Shown here one piece after another: positions 24,722 through 32,550 of a stretch of 32,550 nucleotides of DNA (within the stretch, counting starts at the first letter, position 1; each line of letters starts with the position of its first letter). The stretch spans positions 1 through 32,550 of the forward strand of contig CAZUFC010000096.1 of NCBI GenBank assembly GCA_964619725.1. The letters run 5' to 3'. This stretch comes from an uncultured bacterium. Its GTDB lineage: Bacteria > CSSED10-310 > CAZUFC01. Below the pieces are notes generated by a model, which was given only the letters and a program-made list of their open reading frames with translations, had not been told where the DNA came from and did no database searches. Made by a program: the position numbers and the translations under genes.

Positions 24722-27172
24722 TCATATCAGCTCGTCTTCTTCCCGGATGCATTTTGCGACAGCGACCACTTTACCGTCGTCGCCGATGTTCTGGAGTTTG
24801 ACGCCCTGTGTAGAGCGCCCTATCATGCGGAGGCTGCTTTCATCTATTCCTATGCGAATCATTTTTCCAGTTTGAGTAATCATGAGTATCTGATCTTCTT
24901 CTTTTACCTGAAGACAATCCACGACATTGCCTATTTTGCCGGTGAGTCTAATATTGATGATGCCTTTGCCGCCACGAGATTGAAGTCTGTATTCGTCGAT
25001 ATGCGTTCTTTTACCATATCCGTTTTCCGAGATGACCAGGATGGAATAATCCTTACCCACGATAACCATGGAAACCACCGAATCATTCTTGCTCAATCTG
25101 ATCCCTATAACGCCTGATGAATTACGTCCCGTAGCTCTGACGTCTGTCTCCCTGAATCTGATGGCCATTCCTCTTTTGGTCGCCAGAAAGACTTCCTGGG
25201 ACCCGTCGGTTAACTTCACGGATATCAGCCTGTCTTCTTCCCTGATATTCAACGCTATTATTCCGTAGTTGCGATTTTGAAGAGTAGCGTATTGACTGAG
25301 TTCCGTTTTTTTGACGATGCCTTTTTCAGTGGCGAAGATCAGATAGCTGTTTTCATCGAACTCTTTCACCGGCAGTATGGCGGCAATTTTTTCCTCTGAG
25401 GAGAGATTGAGTATATTGGCGATGGAGTTTCCTTTGGAGGTTCTGCCGGCCTGGGGCAATTCGAATATTTTTCGGGCGTAGACGGTCCCCTTATCGGTGA
25501 AGAAAAGAATGTGATCGTGCGTTGACCCAACGAACAGGTGCTCAACGAAATCGCCCTCTTTGGCGATAATGCCGGTTATGCCCATACCTCTTCTTTTTTG
25601 GGAACGGTAAAGGCTGAGTGAGCTCCTTTTGATGTAGTTATGGTGAGTTACCATCACCACCATGGATTCTTCTGTGATTAAGTCCTCTATATCGAAATCA
25701 GACTCGGCGTCTCTGATCTCCGTGCGCCGTTCATCTCCGAATTTTTCAATGACTTCCTTCAATTCATTCCTGATAACATTAACCAGAAGAGCTTCCGAAT
25801 CGAGAATAGCCCTGAGTCTTTCGATTTCTTTCAGCAGTCCGGTATATTCTTCCTGAATTTTTTGTCTTTCCAGTCCGATAAGTCTCTGGAGCCTCATATC
25901 CAGGACCGCCTGAGCCTGAGCATCGGAAAATTCAAATCTTTCCATCAGGCTTTCCTTGGCTTCCGCAGCCGTCTGCGAACTTCTGATCAACTCGATAATT
26001 TCGTCAATGTTATCCAGCGCCTTCAGCAAACCCTCCAGAATATGCGCCCGTTTTTCAGCTTTATCCAACTCAAAAGCGGTCCTGCGATAAACCACCGTTT
26101 TCCGGTGCTTGATGAATTCGTTCAGGGCTTGTCTGAGATTAAGTATTTCGGGTTTTCCGTCAACCAGCGCGACCATGTTTATGCCGAAGGTGTTCTGCAG
26201 AGGCGTCATGGTATAAAGCTGATTGAGTATGACCTGTGCGTTTTCTCCCTTTTTCACGTCTATGGATATCTGTAGTCCCACCCGGTCGGATTCGTCAAGC
26301 AAATCGGCAATGCCGGTTATCTTTTTGTTTTTGACCAGGTTTGCTATTTTTTCAATCAGAGCCGCTTTATTTACCTGGTAAGGCAACTCAGTTATGATGA
26401 TTTTTTCTTTTTTGGATTTTTCATCATGCACTATCTCAGCCCTGGCGCGCATAACGACTCTTCCGCGCCCCGTTTCATAGGCTTTTAAAATGCCCGAACG
26501 TCCGTTGATAATGCCTGCGGTCGGAAAATCCGGTCCATGTATGTGTTTCATTAGTTCTCGTATACCCGCATCGGGATGATCTATCAGATGAATGACCGCG
26601 TTGATTGTCTCCGTCAGATTGTGAGGCGGAATATTTGTCGCCATTCCTACTGCGATGCCTGACGCCCCGTTGATTAAAAGCTGCGGAACAGCCGCCGGAA
26701 GAACAACGGGTTCCGTGGTGCTTTCATCATAGTTCAGCACAAAATCGACCGTATCCTTGTCCAGGTCCCTCAACATCTCTTCAGAAATACGCGCCAGCTT
26801 GGCCTCGGTATAACGCATAGCGGCCGGAGGGTCTCCGTCAATGGACCCGAAATTGCCCTGCCCGTCCACAAGCGTGTAACGCAATGAAAAATGCTGCGCC
26901 ATACGTACCAGCGTATCATAGACCGCTGCATCTCCATGAGGATGATAATTACCCATCACTTCGCCGACGATCTTAGCGCATTTGCGGAAAGGCTTGTTAT
27001 AAGTCAGCCCCATATCGTTCATGCCGTAAAGCAATCTTCTATGAACCGGCTTCAATCCGTCTTTGGCATCCGGCAACGCACGGCCCACTATCACGCTCAT
27101 TGCATAATCCAAAAACGACGTCTTCATCTCATGTTCTATTTTTATCGGCTTTTTCTGCTCTTCAATTATCAT
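24722..27172 (-). CDS. gyrA: DNA gyrase subunit A
   Basis: [27 protein letters not shown] catalytic Tyr, C-terminal beta-pinwheel repeats. Confidence 0.97.
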   Translation of the reverse strand: MIIEEQKKPIKIEHEMKTSFLDYAMSVIVGRALPDAKDGLKPVHRRLLYGMNDMGLTYNKPFRKCAKIVGEVMGNYHPHGDAAVYDTLVRMAQHFSLRYTLVDGQGNFGSIDGDPPAAMRYTEAKLARISEEMLRDLDKDTVDFVLNYDESTTEPVVLPAAVPQLLINGASGIAVGMATNIPPHNLTETINAVIHLIDHPDAGIRELMKHIHGPDFPTAGIINGRSGILKAYETGRGRVVMRARAEIVHDEKSKKEKIIITELPYQVNKAALIEKIANLVKNKKITGIADLLDESDRVGLQISIDVKKGENAQVILNQLYTMTPLQNTFGINMVALVDGKPEILNLRQALNEFIKHRKTVVYRRTAFELDKAEKRAHILEGLLKALDNIDEIIELIRSSQTAAEAKESLMERFEFSDAQAQAVLDMRLQRLIGLERQKIQEEYTGLLKEIERLRAILDSEALLVNVIRNELKEVIEKFGDERRTEIRDAESDFDIEDLITEESMVVMVTHHNYIKRSSLSLYRSQKRRGMGITGIIAKEGDFVEHLFVGSTHDHILFFTDKGTVYARKIFELPQAGRTSKGNSIANILNLSSEEKIAAILPVKEFDENSYLIFATEKGIVKKTELSQYATLQNRNYGIIALNIREEDRLISVKLTDGSQEVFLATKRGMAIRFRETDVRATGRNSSGVIGIRLSKNDSVVSMVIVGKDYSILVISENGYGKRTHIDEYRLQSRGGKGIINIRLTGKIGNVVDCLQVKEEDQILMITQTGKMIRIGIDESSLRMIGRSTQGVKLQNIGDDGKVVAVAKCIREEDELI

Positions 27173-27182
27173 AAGCGCTTCC

Positions 27183-30685
<3,503 letters not shown>

Positions 30686-30703
30686 ACCGCAGAAAGTCCG
30701 AAA

Positions 30704-31816
30704 TTAAACCACCACGGGCATTATGACGCCTTTAAAATCTATTTCTCCCTTCTCCAGAGGCTGAATCACTACCGGAGAAGAGGTGTCGTTCAGCGCAAAC
30801 AATACGTTCTCCCCCTCCAGCACCCGCAAAATGTCCATGATATAAACCACATTAAATCCAACCTTCATCTCCTCACCCTCATACTCTATGGGAAGCTCAT
30901 CCTCCGCCTTGCCGAATTCCATGGTTTCCGAAGTAAATTCCATTAATCCCGGTTTTATGGTTATATTTATCTGTCGACTCGCATCCGTGAACAAGGAAAC
31001 CCGCCTCAATACGTTAAAAAAACTTTTCCTGTCTATCTTTATGCTCTTGCTTGTTTCCGCCGGTATCACAGAATCATAATCCGGAAAATGTCCTTCTATC
31101 TTCTTGGAAACAATAATCTCCTTGTTCTTCTTAAATAAAAATAAATTTCCCTTTATCCCAAAATGAATATCATCGCCTCCGTCAGATGAAATCATCCTCC
31201 GAACCTCCTTTAAGGTCCTGTTGGCGATGATGACTTCTATTTCCTCCGCCGTCTCGCTGCCGTTCTTCCTCTCCGCCATCGACAGCCTGTGTCCGTCAGT
31301 TCCGGCTATCCGCATGTAATCCTTGTCCATCTCGAACAACACCCCGCATAACGTTATCCGGTTTTCGTCACGGGATGTCGCATAAGCCGTTAAACGAGAC
31401 ATCTCCTCGAAAACTTCACCCGATAACGTCAAAGGCTCTACATCCTCAATTTCCGGCAAATCGGGATAATCGTCAGCCGCCAGTCCTACCATGTCGAACG
31501 TCGACTTGGCGCATACTATCTTCATCCAATTGTTTTCTTTTAACTCAAAACTTACCGGCGCATCCGGCAGCTCATGCAGAATCTCAAATAACTTCTTCGC
31601 CGATACCGTTATTCGACCGCTCTGTTCTACCTCAGCCTCAGCCTCATCAGTGATTATCATTTCTAAATCCGTTGCTGCAAAATGAATGTTGTTATCTGTC
31701 GCATCAGCTTCAATTAAAATGTTGTAAAGTATCGGCCTCGTCATGCGACGCTCAGATACGAATTGCATCTTGTTCACCTTCTCGAAAAATACGTTTCTTT
31801 CAATCTTGAATTTCAT
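30704..31816 (-). CDS. dnaN: DNA polymerase III beta clamp
   Basis: PILYNILI, ATDLE, GTDGHRLS, GHFPDY..VIP, GFNVVY, VIMPV; directly upstream of recF. Confidence 0.97.
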   Translation of the reverse strand: MKFKIERNVFFEKVNKMQFVSERRMTRPILYNILIEADATDNNIHFAATDLEMIITDEAEAEVEQSGRITVSAKKLFEILHELPDAPVSFELKENNWMKIVCAKSTFDMVGLAADDYPDLPEIEDVEPLTLSGEVFEEMSRLTAYATSRDENRITLCGVLFEMDKDYMRIAGTDGHRLSMAERKNGSETAEEIEVIIANRTLKEVRRMISSDGGDDIHFGIKGNLFLFKKNKEIIVSKKIEGHFPDYDSVIPAETSKSIKIDRKSFFNVLRRVSLFTDASRQINITIKPGLMEFTSETMEFGKAEDELPIEYEGEEMKVGFNVVYIMDILRVLEGENVLFALNDTSSPVVIQPLEKGEIDFKGVIMPVVV

Positions 31817-31877
31817 TTTTTCCTCCCGGCCTCTTACGACGATTACCCTGTTTCAATTTTTTTTTGTAGTCATTATT

Positions 31878-32309
31878 TAGTAGTAATAGTAAGGCCTGTT
31901 AGTATGTGAAAAATTTTCCGATCACTTTATTATTCCAATCATTTTTGCTGTGAATTTCCTGTACATTGTTGCCTGATGACTTTTTGATTAAAATGCCGCC
32001 TTTATAAGGTTCCTCCACGATGGAAAATCGAGCGTTAATTTCAGTTTTGCAATAACTTGAGTTTGTTTTCCCGATTTTTTCACAGGTTGTCGTCATTTTT
32101 TTGCTGATCAGTTTCATCGACAAATTAATTCCCAATTTGTCCCCAAATTTTTCCACAGAAAATATGAAAAATTGTGAAAAGCGCGCTTAAGAGCAGTTGA
32201 ATAAAAGAAAAATAATGTTGCCGCATAAGAAGAAAAGCCAATAGAAATAATAACTTGCAGGATGAGATGTTTGAATATAATCCACAGGTTTTTCCACAGT
32301 TGTGAATTG
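31878..32309. promoter_or_regulatory. Probable replication origin (oriC) with DnaA boxes and DnaA-trio unwinding element
   Basis: DnaA-box-like 9-mers at 31905, 31949, 32076, 32149, 32173, 32278, 32290 and 32301. Minus strand TTTTTCACA-TACTAACA-GGCC-T-TAC-TAT-TAC-TAC-TA at 31913..31878. AT-rich and non-coding. Confidence 0.85.
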
Positions 32310-32421
32310 TCCGAATAATTCTTTGAAAATAAAAGATAATATACGTAATTCGTATAATTGGGAGCAGCAATTAAATTCATGATCGATTTCAACATTCCGT
32401 CAATTGACAAAAAAGTTTAAA

Positions 32422-32442
32422 TTCAGGTCTCGGCGACCTGAA
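32422..32442 (-). terminator. Hairpin, possible intrinsic terminator on the minus strand
   Basis: TTCAGGTC-N5-GACCTGAA perfect 8-bp stem, followed on the minus strand by TTTAAACTTTTTT. Confidence 0.4.
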
Positions 32443-32550
32443 GGGAAATCAGAGTATTGTAAAGCAAAAAGGTAAAAAAATCAAGGTTATTTCATGACGA
32501 GCTTTTTCCGCTGTGCAGGATTTTGGAGAAAAATTTTTCCAAGTATTCCA

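Noticed and set aside
31899-32410. Short minus-strand ORFs upstream of dnaN as dnaA fragments
   Set aside because: No DnaA motifs; AT-rich low-complexity translations over the DnaA-box cluster.

Overview
Bacterial chromosome segment just left of a probable oriC (DnaA boxes and DnaA-trios at 31.88-32.31 kb; no dnaA in the 734 bp upstream of dnaN). From the right: dnaN-recF-gyrB-gyrA, then GT2 and WecB/TagA glycosyltransferases, a probably sigma54-driven type IV pilin, two O-antigen-ligase-like membrane proteins (one with TPRs), an arylsulfotransferase, a secreted clan CD protease-like protein, a type IIG-like DNA methyltransferase lacking its nuclease domain, and a HAD phosphatase. Next come a three-gene membrane operon (Zn-ribbon/TM/3xOB-fold protein, orphan TctA-like permease, YdjM-like metal hydrolase) and a pyrE-pyrF-pyrD/K fusion-pyrC operon. 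The best candidate for an undescribed system is the OB-fold + TctA + hydrolase operon, which may be a ComEC-independent nucleic-acid uptake module (inference). The intergenic DNA holds a family of MITE-like elements (ends GGCATTGATCAA / TTGATCAGTCCC; two copies have perfect 8-bp target duplications), including one nested in another whose empty site is visible elsewhere in the window. All calls come from reading motifs by eye; no database searches were run.
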